Origin: a virus
Lineage: Duplodnaviria; Caudoviricetes
Length of the DNA: 31,941 bases
IMG/VR virus record: IMGVR_UViG_3300031949_000900
Coordinates: 1 to 31,941 of that record
Reading direction: 5' to 3' (one strand)
The notes under the pieces are model-generated. The model saw only the letters and a program-made list of their open reading frames with translations, was not told the DNA's origin and did no database searches. Positions 1-8,472 of this stretch are shown here, one piece after another. Numbering within the stretch: the stretch's first letter is position 1; every line of letters starts with the position of its first letter. Made by a program: the position numbers and the translations under genes.

Positions 1-200
1 AAGGTCCCGGACACCTTCCATTCCCGCAGGCCCTTCTTCCGCGCCATGGCGGTGTGGCCCATGCGCGTGGCGTCCAGCTCGCGCCGCGTGATCTCCAGCG
101 TCGCGTCCTGCGTGAAGGTCGTGAGGTCGACTTCGGCGCCGCCGCTGGGCGTGTAGGCGAGCGCGCCGAGCTGGATGATTTCGCCATCGGTGACGTTCAT
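1..200 (-). CDS. Major tail tube protein, N-terminal part (runs off window)
   Basis: Not in the ORF track. ATG at 200 after AGGAGG, ATGA overlap with the upstream stop. Reads MNVTDGEIIQLGALAYTPSGGAEVDLTTFTQDATLEITRRELDATRMGHTAMARKKGLREWKVSGT; the 'G-L-x-E-W-x-V-S-G' pattern and position fit siphovirus tail tubes. Confidence 0.75.
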   Translation of the reverse strand, partial: MNVTDGEIIQLGALAYTPSGGAEVDLTTFTQDATLEITRRELDATRMGHTAMARKKGLREWKVSGT

Positions 201-1066
201 GGGGTGGCCTCCTGTGTCGGTGCGGGTGGGGTCCAGAGATCCGGCAGCCAGTCGGCCTCGGTCGCGTCGGGCCGGAGCCCGCGCTGGCGCGCCTGGCGAT
301 GCGCCCGGAGATACTTGACTTCGGCGAGCGCGGCATGGACGGCGTACTGGCTGCGCTCGAGCGCGATCAGGTGGTCGCTGAGCCGCTCGAAGCGCTGATC
401 CAGGAACTGCACTTCCTCGGCGACGACCGCGCGCGTCTCGTAGCCGTACCGGCGCACGGAGCCCTTGCCCAGCGCCGAGGCCTCGGGGATCGTGACCCGG
501 ATGCCGCGGCCGGCCGCCACGCCGCGCCAGAACTCGGCGTTCGGCCGCTGGTACTCCCATTCCTGGCCCTGGACCAGATCGATGCCGTACACGCCGATCT
601 CCTCGAACTGCCCGCACCAGATGCCCCAGGCGAGGAGATAGCCGAAACTCGACTCGAACCAGTCTTCCCCGCACGCGATGGTGGCCACCTGGTCGATCGG
701 GTAGCGGACCGACGTCGGCAGGTCCGGGTGACGCTCCAGCATGAACACCGGCACCGGACAGCGCTGGAGCCAGCCGAGATAGTCCGAGCCGGGAACCGTC
801 CCCGTGAGAAAGCTCCGCGGGCCACTCCGCGGGTGCATCTCGCACCAGAGATCGGCGCGCGGAATGGAGTGGTACAGCTCATTGAGCCCGGCCACGAGCC
901 ACGCCGAGGAGTCAAATGGGGCAGCGACCATCGAGGGGCCCGCGCCGACGATGGCGAGCTTCTTCCGCGCCGGCACCGCGGTCAGGCGCCCGGTATCGGC
1001 ATCCTCGATCACCACGCGCGCGGCGGCGGGGTGCGCCTGGATCTCGTAGTGGAGGGGGACCTTCAT
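197..1066 (-). CDS. Putative glycosyltransferase, GT29/GT42 sialyltransferase / Maf / MptE-like fold (289 aa)
   Basis: Start MKVPLHY at 1066 (ATGA overlap with HNH stop). Motifs KKLAIVGAGPS...GLNE and ESSFGYLLAWGIWCGQFEEIGVYGIDL resemble the two conserved blocks of CstII/Maf-type nucleotide-sugar transferases. C-terminal coiled coil. Confidence 0.6.
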   Translation of the reverse strand: MKVPLHYEIQAHPAAARVVIEDADTGRLTAVPARKKLAIVGAGPSMVAAPFDSSAWLVAGLNELYHSIPRADLWCEMHPRSGPRSFLTGTVPGSDYLGWLQRCPVPVFMLERHPDLPTSVRYPIDQVATIACGEDWFESSFGYLLAWGIWCGQFEEIGVYGIDLVQGQEWEYQRPNAEFWRGVAAGRGIRVTIPEASALGKGSVRRYGYETRAVVAEEVQFLDQRFERLSDHLIALERSQYAVHAALAEVKYLRAHRQARQRGLRPDATEADWLPDLWTPPAPTQEATP

Positions 1067-1620
1067 GCTGCCGCCTTCTTCCTCGCCCACGTCGCCCTCA
1101 CGCTTGCTTTCCAGGCCTCGCTCCGCGGGGTATACCGCTGATTCCGGCGCTGCTCTGATGCGGTTGCCCAACGGACATTCCCTGGCTCGTAGTGCCCGTT
1201 GTTGTCGATCCTGTCGAGCGTTCGGCCAGGCGGACAAGGACCGATATAGGCAAGGAATGCGGGGAAGCTTTCTCGCCACTCCTCGCACATCGTGATGCCC
1301 CGTCCGCCGTAGTCCTTCCAATCGGCGCCGCGGGGATTGGTGCACCGCCCCTTTGCGCTGAGCCATGAACGAAACTCACGGGTCCCGATGCGACCGCGCG
1401 TATGCCCGTGCGTGCGCCTCACGCGACCGATATTCTCGCGGAGCAGGCACTTGCAACTTAGGGTGCGGCCGCCGCGAAGTGCATCAGTCGCCACGAGCTT
1501 CTCTGGGCTCCCACAACCGCAACGGACCCACCAAGAGGACGGCCGCCTATCGCTCGGGCCTCGTCGGACCGCCGTCAAACGACCAAACGTCTGGCCAGTC
1601 AGATCAATGGCTTGGCCCAT
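1063..1620 (-). CDS. HNH homing endonuclease (185 aa)
   Basis: IDLTGQTFGRLT, CGCG, SCKC, YGGRGITMCEEW and TLDRIDNNGHYEPGNVRWAT..EQ..N are hallmark motifs of a common phage HNH family. Start overlaps the rSAM stop (TGATG). Confidence 0.92.
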   Translation of the reverse strand: MGQAIDLTGQTFGRLTAVRRGPSDRRPSSWWVRCGCGSPEKLVATDALRGGRTLSCKCLLRENIGRVRRTHGHTRGRIGTREFRSWLSAKGRCTNPRGADWKDYGGRGITMCEEWRESFPAFLAYIGPCPPGRTLDRIDNNGHYEPGNVRWATASEQRRNQRYTPRSEAWKASVRATWARKKAAA

Positions 1621-2630
1621 CACACGATCTCCGTGAATGAATGCGTCACGCACTCGCGACAGATTGGATTATCTGACCAGCGACCCGCTGCGTGCGTCTC
1701 CCGAAGAGACGCCATCGTCGGGCCGTTCCAAGCCGCCTGGACCCCGTCGGCAATGTGACCGACAGTCATCTTCGTGCCCCAGAAAGTGCAACAGCCGGAC
1801 ATCGCCCCGTCATGCCGAACGCTCATGCGCATGAAGGGCTGGGCGCAACGGAACTCCCGCGGTGCCCGCGTGCCCGTCGCGGCGAGCGCATCCTTGTCGG
1901 GACGGCCCGGCCACGGGTTGATGAAGGACTGGATCGAAAAGAAATCCGCCCGTCCGCGCCACTCGGTCATGAATAGATCGAGCTCGTCGGCATTGAGGGC
2001 CGTCTCGACGAAGCAGACGCCGAGCACGGGCAGGACCGCATCGCCGCGGCCATCGAGAAACTGTTGGACGTTCCGGCGCACCCGATCGAGATCCCCGCCC
2101 ACCCGGATCCGGTCATAGGTCGCCGGCGTCGCGGCGTCGATCGAGACCATCAGCCGCGTGAGGCCTGCGTCGATCAGGGCGTGCGCCATCCGGCGCGTGA
2201 GGAGCATCCCGTTCGTGTGGAGCATGACGTCGAGCACGCCGGCCTCCCGCGCGGCCCGGACGAACTCCGGGAGATCGGGGCGCAGGAGCGGCTCGTTGAC
2301 GCCGTTCAAGTTCACGGCGCGGAGCCCCTGCGGCACGCCCTCAGTCACGATCGTCCGGAACCGCTCGAGCGGCATCCAGTCACCCTTGGCGCCGTTCACG
2401 GCGTCGGGATCCGACCACGTGCACATGGGGCACCGGAGGTTGCATGAGCGGTTGAGCTCGACGTCGAGCTGGAGCGGGAACGGCCGCGGCACGGCCCCGC
2501 GCTTCCAGTCGCGGCGATACGCCCGAAAGGCCTCGGCGCGCGGGCCCAAAGCAGCGGCGATCCGCTCATCGAGGTCGACGAAGCCGACCAGCGCCGCGTG
2601 GTTCGAGCGCTCCTGGACGGCGAGGCTCAT
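1620..2630 (-). CDS. Radical SAM enzyme with SPASM/Twitch domain (336 aa)
   Basis: CNLRCPMC (CX3CX2C), GVNEPLL, HTNG, VSIDA. C-terminal CAQPF...DG...GCC...CREC auxiliary cluster motif. Start MSLAVQ at 2630 (ATGA overlap). Confidence 0.93.
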   Translation of the reverse strand: MSLAVQERSNHAALVGFVDLDERIAAALGPRAEAFRAYRRDWKRGAVPRPFPLQLDVELNRSCNLRCPMCTWSDPDAVNGAKGDWMPLERFRTIVTEGVPQGLRAVNLNGVNEPLLRPDLPEFVRAAREAGVLDVMLHTNGMLLTRRMAHALIDAGLTRLMVSIDAATPATYDRIRVGGDLDRVRRNVQQFLDGRGDAVLPVLGVCFVETALNADELDLFMTEWRGRADFFSIQSFINPWPGRPDKDALAATGTRAPREFRCAQPFMRMSVRHDGAMSGCCTFWGTKMTVGHIADGVQAAWNGPTMASLRETHAAGRWSDNPICRECVTHSFTEIV

Positions 2631-3277
2631 CCTGCACTCCCGCCCGCTGCGGTCTCGGTCAGCCGGAGCACGCCGTTGAGGCGATCCACCGGTGGCACCA
2701 CTGGCCAGATGCGATACGAGAATCGCGTCAGCCCGATGGCTCGGAGCACGCGGAGGTAGTCGTGCCGGCACTCGCCCATGTGGGTGCTGATCAGGCCTTC
2801 TCGCGCCAAGGGCCCGAGCACCATCGGCTCCGCGAGGACCACGGCCTTGCGGGCCACGCGCAGCATGTGATAGAGCACGGGCCCCACGTCTTCGGGCGGC
2901 AGGTAGGCGAGCGCGTAGCAGGAGAAGACCAGGTCGAGCGACTCGCCCTTGAGGGTCGGCAGCACCTCCTGCATGGCGCCCGGGACGCCCCGCCAGCGCC
3001 AGCCTTCCGCCTGCGCCCGCGCCTCGCCGAAGGCGAGGACGTCCGGATGAATGTCGATGCCCGCCAGGATCGTCTGCGGCGAGCGCGCGTGCAGCAGCCG
3101 GAGATTCGGGCCCGCGTTACAGCCCACTTCGAGCGCGCTCCCGAGCTCGCCGATCGACGCGACCGCCTCCATGAGCACAGCGCGGTGCCGATCGTCGACC
3201 TTGTCCCAATAGCGCTCGGCGAAGAGCGCGCGCTGGGGCGCGGCCCAGAAGCGGTGGGCGATCGTGGCCGCCGTCAT
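2627..3277 (-). CDS. Class I SAM-dependent methyltransferase (216 aa)
   Basis: Motif I LEVGCNAGPNL, then GIDI, DLVFSCYALAYL, RVARKAVVLAEP. No DNA-MTase catalytic motif (DPPY/PC). Confidence 0.9.
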   Translation of the reverse strand: MTAATIAHRFWAAPQRALFAERYWDKVDDRHRAVLMEAVASIGELGSALEVGCNAGPNLRLLHARSPQTILAGIDIHPDVLAFGEARAQAEGWRWRGVPGAMQEVLPTLKGESLDLVFSCYALAYLPPEDVGPVLYHMLRVARKAVVLAEPMVLGPLAREGLISTHMGECRHDYLRVLRAIGLTRFSYRIWPVVPPVDRLNGVLRLTETAAGGSAG

Positions 3278-3504
3278 GCCGCGCGCTCCACGGTCTCGCC
3301 ACACGCGGTGCACTTGGCGCGGTGCGGCGCCGTTACCGTGGCGGTGTTGAGCAGGCGTTCAGAGGGATGCGGGCAGGACGCGGGCGCGGCGACACCGATC
3401 GCAGGCTCCGCGGTGGGCGCGGCCAGGCGCGCGAGCGCGGCATCGCACTGCGCGACGATGGCCAGGCCGAGCGCGCGGAGGGCCAGGACCTCCTCGGGCA
3501 TCAT
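3274..3504 (-). CDS. Small Cys-rich hypothetical protein (76 aa)
   Basis: ATGA overlaps at both ends; CPH...CTAC motif; GC3-rich codons. Confidence 0.7.
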   Translation of the reverse strand: MMPEEVLALRALGLAIVAQCDAALARLAAPTAEPAIGVAAPASCPHPSERLLNTATVTAPHRAKCTACGETVERAA

Positions 3505-3911
3505 GCCGAGACCTTCTTGAGCGCTTCCAGATTCCACGCCACCTGGGCGCGGCCGTTCTCATCGGGCCCGAGGTCAAAGGGCGGCTGGAGCGGCGTGAGT
3601 CCGAGGTAGATCGTGCCCGACAGCGCCACTGGCCCGGCGTCGTTGGCGTGCAGACACGCCTTGTAGGCCGCCTCGGCCTTCGCGCGTGCGGCGGCGTAGG
3701 TCCGGGCATGGGCGCAGACCTGGGCGCGCGGCTGCTCGGCCACCACCGTGCCGCGCATGGCGCGGATGGCCGGCTGGCCTCCATATTCGATGATCCGGGT
3801 GAATGGCCCATCGCCGGCCGGCAGGACCGTCTGCGAGCCCGCGAAGAGACTCGTCCCCGGCGTCCCGATGCCCTGGGCCTGGAAGAAGGCGAGCAGCTCG
3901 TCGAGGAGCAT
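3501..3911 (-). CDS. Tail terminator / minor capsid-type protein (136 aa)
   Basis: Position after the gp10-like gene; EQPRAQV, Y..AR.KA, LGPDENGR pattern typical of this family. Confidence 0.8.
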   Translation of the reverse strand: MLLDELLAFFQAQGIGTPGTSLFAGSQTVLPAGDGPFTRIIEYGGQPAIRAMRGTVVAEQPRAQVCAHARTYAAARAKAEAAYKACLHANDAGPVALSGTIYLGLTPLQPPFDLGPDENGRAQVAWNLEALKKVSA

Positions 3912-4306
3912 CAGGCAGCCCCCGCGAACAGCTCGGCGAAGTCGGCCGCGATCTCACTGCGGAGCGCCGGCAGCGCGTCGAGGACCGCCCGTTCGAGGAA
4001 CTTCGCCTGGCCGACCGGATGATGCGCGGTCAGGTTCTCGTGCACGTAGACCGCGTAGGGGGCGGCCGGCCCACCGAAGCCCAGCGTGACGCTGATACGC
4101 GACCCGTCGACGACGGGCGCCTGCACGTGCCCACTCGCCCGCAACGCGCCGGTATCGACGGGGCACAGGGCCTTTGCCGTCCCCATGATGCCCTCCGCCT
4201 GACGGACGAGGAGTCGACCGGCCTGCGCCGGCGCCCGCTGCGCGAGCCGCTGCAGCGCCCGAGCCAGCTCGTCGAGGCCCTTGATCTGGACACTGATCGT
4301 CGGCAT
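3911..4306 (-). CDS. HK97 gp10-like neck/tail completion protein (131 aa)
   Basis: Start MPTISVQIKGLDEL; AKALCPVDTGALRAS, YAVYVHE, GQAKFLERA. Confidence 0.88.
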   Translation of the reverse strand: MPTISVQIKGLDELARALQRLAQRAPAQAGRLLVRQAEGIMGTAKALCPVDTGALRASGHVQAPVVDGSRISVTLGFGGPAAPYAVYVHENLTAHHPVGQAKFLERAVLDALPALRSEIAADFAELFAGAA

Positions 4307-4629
4307 CAGGCGTACAAGACCTCGGCGAACGCGCCGTTTTCGTCCGAGAGCTTCCCCACTGCGATCAGCGGCGGCTGCGTCACCGGGAACCGGGCCGGAA
4401 GCGTCACCCGATCCTGCGGGACGGCCCCAGGCGCGCCGCCGACGTAGACGGTCACCATCGAGGTCTGCTCTTGCCCCTGGGCATTGGAGACCCGGCGCAC
4501 CTTCCCCTCGATGCAGGCCGGCCAAGCCGTCGCGGCGCCGTAGGTCTTCGCGCCGAACGCATCGGCCCCCGTGCACGGCTCCAGCGTGATCGTGTCCGCC
4601 ATCAGGTCGATCCACTCCCCGATGCCCAC
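4306..4629 (-). CDS. Head closure (stopper) protein (107 aa)
   Basis: Size, position and beta-rich sequence (DAFGAKTYG, QDRVTLP); GTG start. Confidence 0.7.
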   Translation of the reverse strand: MGIGEWIDLMADTITLEPCTGADAFGAKTYGAATAWPACIEGKVRRVSNAQGQEQTSMVTVYVGGAPGAVPQDRVTLPARFPVTQPPLIAVGKLSDENGAFAEVLYA

Positions 4630-4632
4630 GCG

Positions 4633-5055
4633 CTACCCCGCCACCTCATCGAACTCCCCCCGCATGAAGCCCGGCCGCACCAGATCCTGGTCCGCCGCCA
4701 CCGCGTCCTTCTCGCTCACCGACAGCCCGCCCGCCGACGGCAGCTGATACGCGCTGCCCCGGCGCCGGAGCGCGGCGGCGAGGTCCTGGTAGTGCTGCGC
4801 CCCGTACGTGATCGCGAGCCCCCCGATGCTCTTGCTCTGCACCCCGCCCGTCCGCCCCGCCGCCACCTCGGCAATGCGCGCGGCCGCGCAGTAGACGTTC
4901 GGCTCCTCGGCGAGGACGAAGGCGATCTCCGCGTCGAGGATCGCGCTGCCGGGCTTCGCGGCGCTGTCGTTGACCTGGGCGAGGAAGCGCACCGCATCCC
5001 GCTGCTGGGCGGCGGTCCCGCCGGCCTGGGGATCGCCGCCGTAGGTCCAGGGCAT
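4633..5055 (-). CDS. Head-tail adaptor/connector (140 aa)
   Basis: WTYGGDP...DAVRFL...LDAEI...SKSIGGLAITY pattern of gp15/gp6-like adaptors. Confidence 0.8.
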   Translation of the reverse strand: MPWTYGGDPQAGGTAAQQRDAVRFLAQVNDSAAKPGSAILDAEIAFVLAEEPNVYCAAARIAEVAAGRTGGVQSKSIGGLAITYGAQHYQDLAAALRRRGSAYQLPSAGGLSVSEKDAVAADQDLVRPGFMRGEFDEVAG

Positions 5056-5090
5056 CAGTGAGCCTCAGAACCGCCGCCGCGGGATGCGGG

Positions 5091-5576
5091 CTACGCCGCG
5101 ACGACCGTCGCCCCCTCGTCGATTGCCGCGTATCGCAGGGTCCAGCGGAATCCGCCGGTATTGCTCGCGCCCGTGATCGCGTCGATCGTGCCCGGCGCGA
5201 CGATGGTCGGGGCCGCCTGCGCGGGCAGGGCCAGGCCCTCGACCATCGCATTCGCGAAGGTTCCGGTGATCCCGAGGAGCTTGCCGACGGCGAGCGCATT
5301 GATGTCGAGGGTCGCGCAGACGTCGACGGCCGCGCCGACGGTCGGATTGGCCGAGAGCTTGAGGGTGCAGGCCTGCGCCTGCACGACCGTGGTGATCTCA
5401 CCGAGGATCTGGGTGATCCTCACCCGCCCACCGGCCACGGTGAAGAGCGGCTCGGTCGCGCTCTGCGGCAGCGCCTTGGCCGCGCGCTGCACGACGGTTC
5501 CGAGCACGGCGTCGGCCGCGCCATCCGGCGCGAAGGCCACGTTGAGCCCAAGGAGTCGCACGTTCTGTGCACCCAT
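5091..5576 (-). CDS. Putative virion structural protein (decoration/head fibre-like, 161 aa)
   Basis: AGGAGG SD; A/T/G/V-rich beta-type composition; lies between MCP and adaptor. Confidence 0.55.
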   Translation of the reverse strand: MGAQNVRLLGLNVAFAPDGAADAVLGTVVQRAAKALPQSATEPLFTVAGGRVRITQILGEITTVVQAQACTLKLSANPTVGAAVDVCATLDINALAVGKLLGITGTFANAMVEGLALPAQAAPTIVAPGTIDAITGASNTGGFRWTLRYAAIDEGATVVAA

Positions 5577-5585
5577 GAGAGCCTC

Positions 5586-5816
5586 CTATCGGCGCCGTGT
5601 CCGGGCGGTGCCGCCGCCCGTTTCGACCGGCGCGTGAGCGGCCGCGGTCGGCGCGCCCGGGTCTGAGGACGGGCCGCCGGCGGGCACCGTCAGGACTTCG
5701 ACGAAGCCGGCGGCCTCGAGACTCCGCACGTTCTTCCAGGTCGGATCGGCCACGACCTCGCCGCGGCAATGGCGCTGCGGCCCGGCGCGGAAGTCGTGGC
5801 GGACCCGATAGAGCAT
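5586..5816 (-). CDS. Small hypothetical protein downstream of MCP (76 aa)
   Basis: Fills the gap after MCP; N-terminal YRV..DF...GEVV domain plus low-complexity tail. Confidence 0.6.
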   Translation of the reverse strand: MLYRVRHDFRAGPQRHCRGEVVADPTWKNVRSLEAAGFVEVLTVPAGGPSSDPGAPTAAAHAPVETGGGTARTRRR

Positions 5817-5825
5817 GGCGATGGC

Positions 5826-6830
5826 CTAGTCCACCGCGTTGGCGAAGAAGGCGCCCAGATCCGTGCCGACCACCTTCGGGTCGTAGCACGTGAGGGCCTG
5901 CACGAAGTCGGCCTTGACGCGCCGGTCGGGGATCCGCTCCTGCGCAATGTCGAAGCCGGTCGCGAAGGAGGGCCGGTAACCGAAGATGTAGCCGGCGGAG
6001 GGCGTCATGAGGGCCGGTCGCGGCGCGATATAGCCGAGCCAGCAGTGCTTGCCGTAGATCCAGTCGTAGGTCTCGCTCGCCGCGCCCTCGACGGAGGTGA
6101 TCTGGATCGAGCCGCCGATCAGCAACGTCGGCACGCGGAACGCGCGCGCTACGAGCTCGGGCGTCAGGACGGCGGCCTGGGTGTACTTGTACAACTCCTT
6201 GATGTCCGGGTGATCGGCGAGGACTTCGTAGACCATCTCGCTCATCACCATGGTGTTCGGCGTGAAGCCCGTCGACTGCTTGATCGCCATCCGGGCCGCC
6301 CGAACGTCCTCGATCGGCGTCGAGCCCGCATAGTCGTCCCACTTCGACACGCCGCTCACCGGGAAGTCCACGCCGCCGGTGTAATTCGTGTTCCAGACAC
6401 CGGCCTTGAAGTACGTCCCCACGACGTCGATCTCGCGTCCGAGCAGGAGCACGCGCGTGGTGAACTCGGCCACGGCGCGATCCCAGTTGAGCGCACTGTC
6501 CGCGTTGTCGCGCAGGTCCCAGCGGTCCGCGTACTCGAAGGCGCGGAACTGCGCCGAGTAGCTCGGCGTATTGTCGACGTCGAACTTCGACTGCGGCATC
6601 GCCGTGCCGGGCACCCAGAGACCCGACCGATTGCGGAAAAAGGTCTGCTTCGGGAACGCGAAGTAGCGGTCGGACTGCTTCTGCACGGTCACGATGGGGA
6701 ACCAGCGTGCCGCGATGAACTCCGTCTCGCTCTGGAGGTACGCCGTGGTGAGGTCCGTGAGCGGCTGATCGATGTGCACGTCGTGCAGGTCGGCCGCCTT
6801 CCTGATCTGGCTTGCGAATCCGGTCTTCAT
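5826..6830 (-). CDS. Major capsid protein (334 aa)
   Basis: VHIDQPLTDL..AY, FPIVTVQKQSD.Y, W.DY..S.PI.D, PNTMVM, L.DHPDI, PSAGYIF, G.FF.NAV: lambda gpE-like HK97-fold MCP family; follows cement and scaffold. Confidence 0.92.
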   Translation of the reverse strand: MKTGFASQIRKAADLHDVHIDQPLTDLTTAYLQSETEFIAARWFPIVTVQKQSDRYFAFPKQTFFRNRSGLWVPGTAMPQSKFDVDNTPSYSAQFRAFEYADRWDLRDNADSALNWDRAVAEFTTRVLLLGREIDVVGTYFKAGVWNTNYTGGVDFPVSGVSKWDDYAGSTPIEDVRAARMAIKQSTGFTPNTMVMSEMVYEVLADHPDIKELYKYTQAAVLTPELVARAFRVPTLLIGGSIQITSVEGAASETYDWIYGKHCWLGYIAPRPALMTPSAGYIFGYRPSFATGFDIAQERIPDRRVKADFVQALTCYDPKVVGTDLGAFFANAVD

Positions 6831-6849
6831 GCGTGTCGCCCCCTCGCCC

Positions 6850-7239
6850 CTACGGCAGTTTGACCAGCGACAGGCCGTTGACCGTCCCGGTGGCGATCTC
6901 GCCGGCCGCCCCGGCCGCCGTGAGGATGCGGCCGAGGATCAGATCGTTCTGCGCCGTCTTCGCCACGGCCTGGCCATCGGCCGAGGTCCCGTAGTTGTCG
7001 CCGACGGCGAGCGCCGCGTCCGCGACAAGCCTTGAGATCCCGAGCATGCGGACGATGGCCGCCTCGTTCGTCTTCGGCTTGTTCTGGAGCACGCCGATTG
7101 GCGCATCGCCCGCGCCGTTGCAGACGTTGACGATTCCAGTGGCGGTCATCTCCACCTGGTGGTACTGCTTCGCGGAGAGATCCGCGCCGGCCTTGAAGGG
7201 CAGGTCGATGATCGGGCCAATCTCGAACGCCGTCTCCAT
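6850..7239 (-). CDS. Capsid cement/decoration protein (DUF2190-like, 129 aa)
   Basis: AGADLS.KQY, IGVLQNKP, GIS..VA..AL.VGD, DGQAV, AAGAAGEI; immediately upstream of MCP. Confidence 0.85.
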   Translation of the reverse strand: METAFEIGPIIDLPFKAGADLSAKQYHQVEMTATGIVNVCNGAGDAPIGVLQNKPKTNEAAIVRMLGISRLVADAALAVGDNYGTSADGQAVAKTAQNDLILGRILTAAGAAGEIATGTVNGLSLVKLP

Positions 7240-7242
7240 GGC

Positions 7243-7989
7243 CTACCCCTCCTCGCGCTGCTCGCGCCGATACGCGGCGTAGAGCTCCGGCTCGCTTTCC
7301 CAGACCTTGACGCGCGCCTGCACCAGGGTCAGGCCCGTCGCCGACTTCGCCACCAGCTCCTTGGCCTTGGCGTCGACCTGCGCCGCCGCGGCGCCGCTCC
7401 CCTCCCCGCCGGCGCCCTTCTCGACGAACAGCGCCCCCGTCCGGATCGCCTCGTGGGCGCTCTTGAGCAGCGGCTCGAGCTTGGCCCAGGCCTCCGGCGC
7501 CTTCTCGGCGATGCCCTTGAGCACGACGCCGAAGTCATCCGCGTTCATGCCGGGGAGCGCGGCGAGCGTCTGCGCCTTGGCGATGAACTCCTTCGTCACG
7601 CGCTGCTCGCGCTCGGCCTTGGCGACCTTGCCGGCCTCCTCGGCGGCCTTCGTCGCGGCGGCGGCATCGGCCTGCGCCTTCTCGACGAGGGCGCGCGCGG
7701 CGGGCGTGAGCCCCTTGAGGACGTCCTCGGGCTTCTCCTCGGGGACCGGCAGCCGCGCGGTGAGCGTGGCCACCTGCTCCTCGGTGGGCTCGGTGATCCC
7801 GAGCTCGTCGAGCGCGGCGAGCACGGACTTGGCGATGGTCGCCTTGTCGGCCTTCGTGCCCGCCACTCCGGGCTTCGGCAGCCGCGCCTCGAGCTTGGCG
7901 ACCTGGTCCTCGGTGGGCTCGGTGAGGCCCAGCTCCTCGAGCGCGGCCAGGACGTGCTTGGCGATCTTCGTCTTGTCGGCCTTCTTCAT
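7243..7989 (-). CDS. Nested in-frame scaffold isoform (248 aa, MKKADK...)
   Basis: Internal ATG at 7989 preceded by AAGGAGG at 8-nt spacing, in frame with 8472. Confidence 0.6.
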   Translation of the reverse strand: MKKADKTKIAKHVLAALEELGLTEPTEDQVAKLEARLPKPGVAGTKADKATIAKSVLAALDELGITEPTEEQVATLTARLPVPEEKPEDVLKGLTPAARALVEKAQADAAAATKAAEEAGKVAKAEREQRVTKEFIAKAQTLAALPGMNADDFGVVLKGIAEKAPEAWAKLEPLLKSAHEAIRTGALFVEKGAGGEGSGAAAAQVDAKAKELVAKSATGLTLVQARVKVWESEPELYAAYRREQREEG

Positions 7990-8472
7990 CGCGGGAACCT
8001 CCTTGGGCGGCGCGGACAGCCCCGCCAGGGTCTTCCGGAAGAGGGGGAGCGCGGTGCGCTGCTCCGCCGTCAGGGTGCGTCCGGACTTGGTCACGGCGGC
8101 GCTGTCGTCGAACCAGTCGCCGATCGTGGCGTCCAGCGCGGTCACGAACTGCGCCATGGACGCCCGGAGGCGCGCGCCCTTGTCGGCCGCGTCGCTCTGC
8201 AGGATCGAGCTCAGCGAATCGCGCAGGGCCCAGAGCTGCTCGCACAGCTCGCCGTGGATCGCGTCGATCGACCGCGCCATGACCGCGTCGTCGAAGCTGA
8301 GCGGGGCGGCGAGGGGGTAGTCCTTCGCGATCCGGGCGAGGAGGGGAACAAGCACGGGCGCCACCGGGCCGCGTGGGTCCCGCTTGTAGAGCACGACCTT
8401 GGCTTTGGGATTCGCCGCAGCGTCCACGAGGCTGATCTCGTCGAGCTCCATCTTCGTGAGCCGGGTCGCCAT
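7243..8472 (-). CDS. Capsid scaffolding protein with N-terminal protease-type segment (409 aa)
   Basis: N-terminal LDEISLVDAAAN; long A/E/K-rich helical body; C-terminal PELYAAY motif; position before cement/MCP. Confidence 0.8.
   Translation of the reverse strand: MATRLTKMELDEISLVDAAANPKAKVVLYKRDPRGPVAPVLVPLLARIAKDYPLAAPLSFDDAVMARSIDAIHGELCEQLWALRDSLSSILQSDAADKGARLRASMAQFVTALDATIGDWFDDSAAVTKSGRTLTAEQRTALPLFRKTLAGLSAPPKEVPAMKKADKTKIAKHVLAALEELGLTEPTEDQVAKLEARLPKPGVAGTKADKATIAKSVLAALDELGITEPTEEQVATLTARLPVPEEKPEDVLKGLTPAARALVEKAQADAAAATKAAEEAGKVAKAEREQRVTKEFIAKAQTLAALPGMNADDFGVVLKGIAEKAPEAWAKLEPLLKSAHEAIRTGALFVEKGAGGEGSGAAAAQVDAKAKELVAKSATGLTLVQARVKVWESEPELYAAYRREQREEG
7747..7984. repeat. Two-copy internal repeat in scaffold (129-nt period)
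   Basis: KADKTKIAKHVLAALEELGLTEPTEDQVAKLEARLP vs KADKATIAKSVLAALDELGITEPTEEQVATLTARLP; copies at about 7747-7855 and 7876-7984. Confidence 0.9.

Noticed and set aside
1067-1366. N-terminal extensions given by the ORF track (197-1366, 1620-2771, 3911-4615, 8472-9005, 9975-11066, 19932-21830, 28631-29656)
   Set aside because: They overlap other real genes; downstream starts with SD or stop/start coupling fit better.
1620-3277. rSAM + MTase as DNA hypermodification (e.g. 7-deazaguanine/QueE) genes
   Set aside because: The rSAM has a Twitch domain unlike QueE, no folE/queC/queD/dpdA are present, and the genes lie in the late structural operon; not fully excluded without nucleoside analysis.
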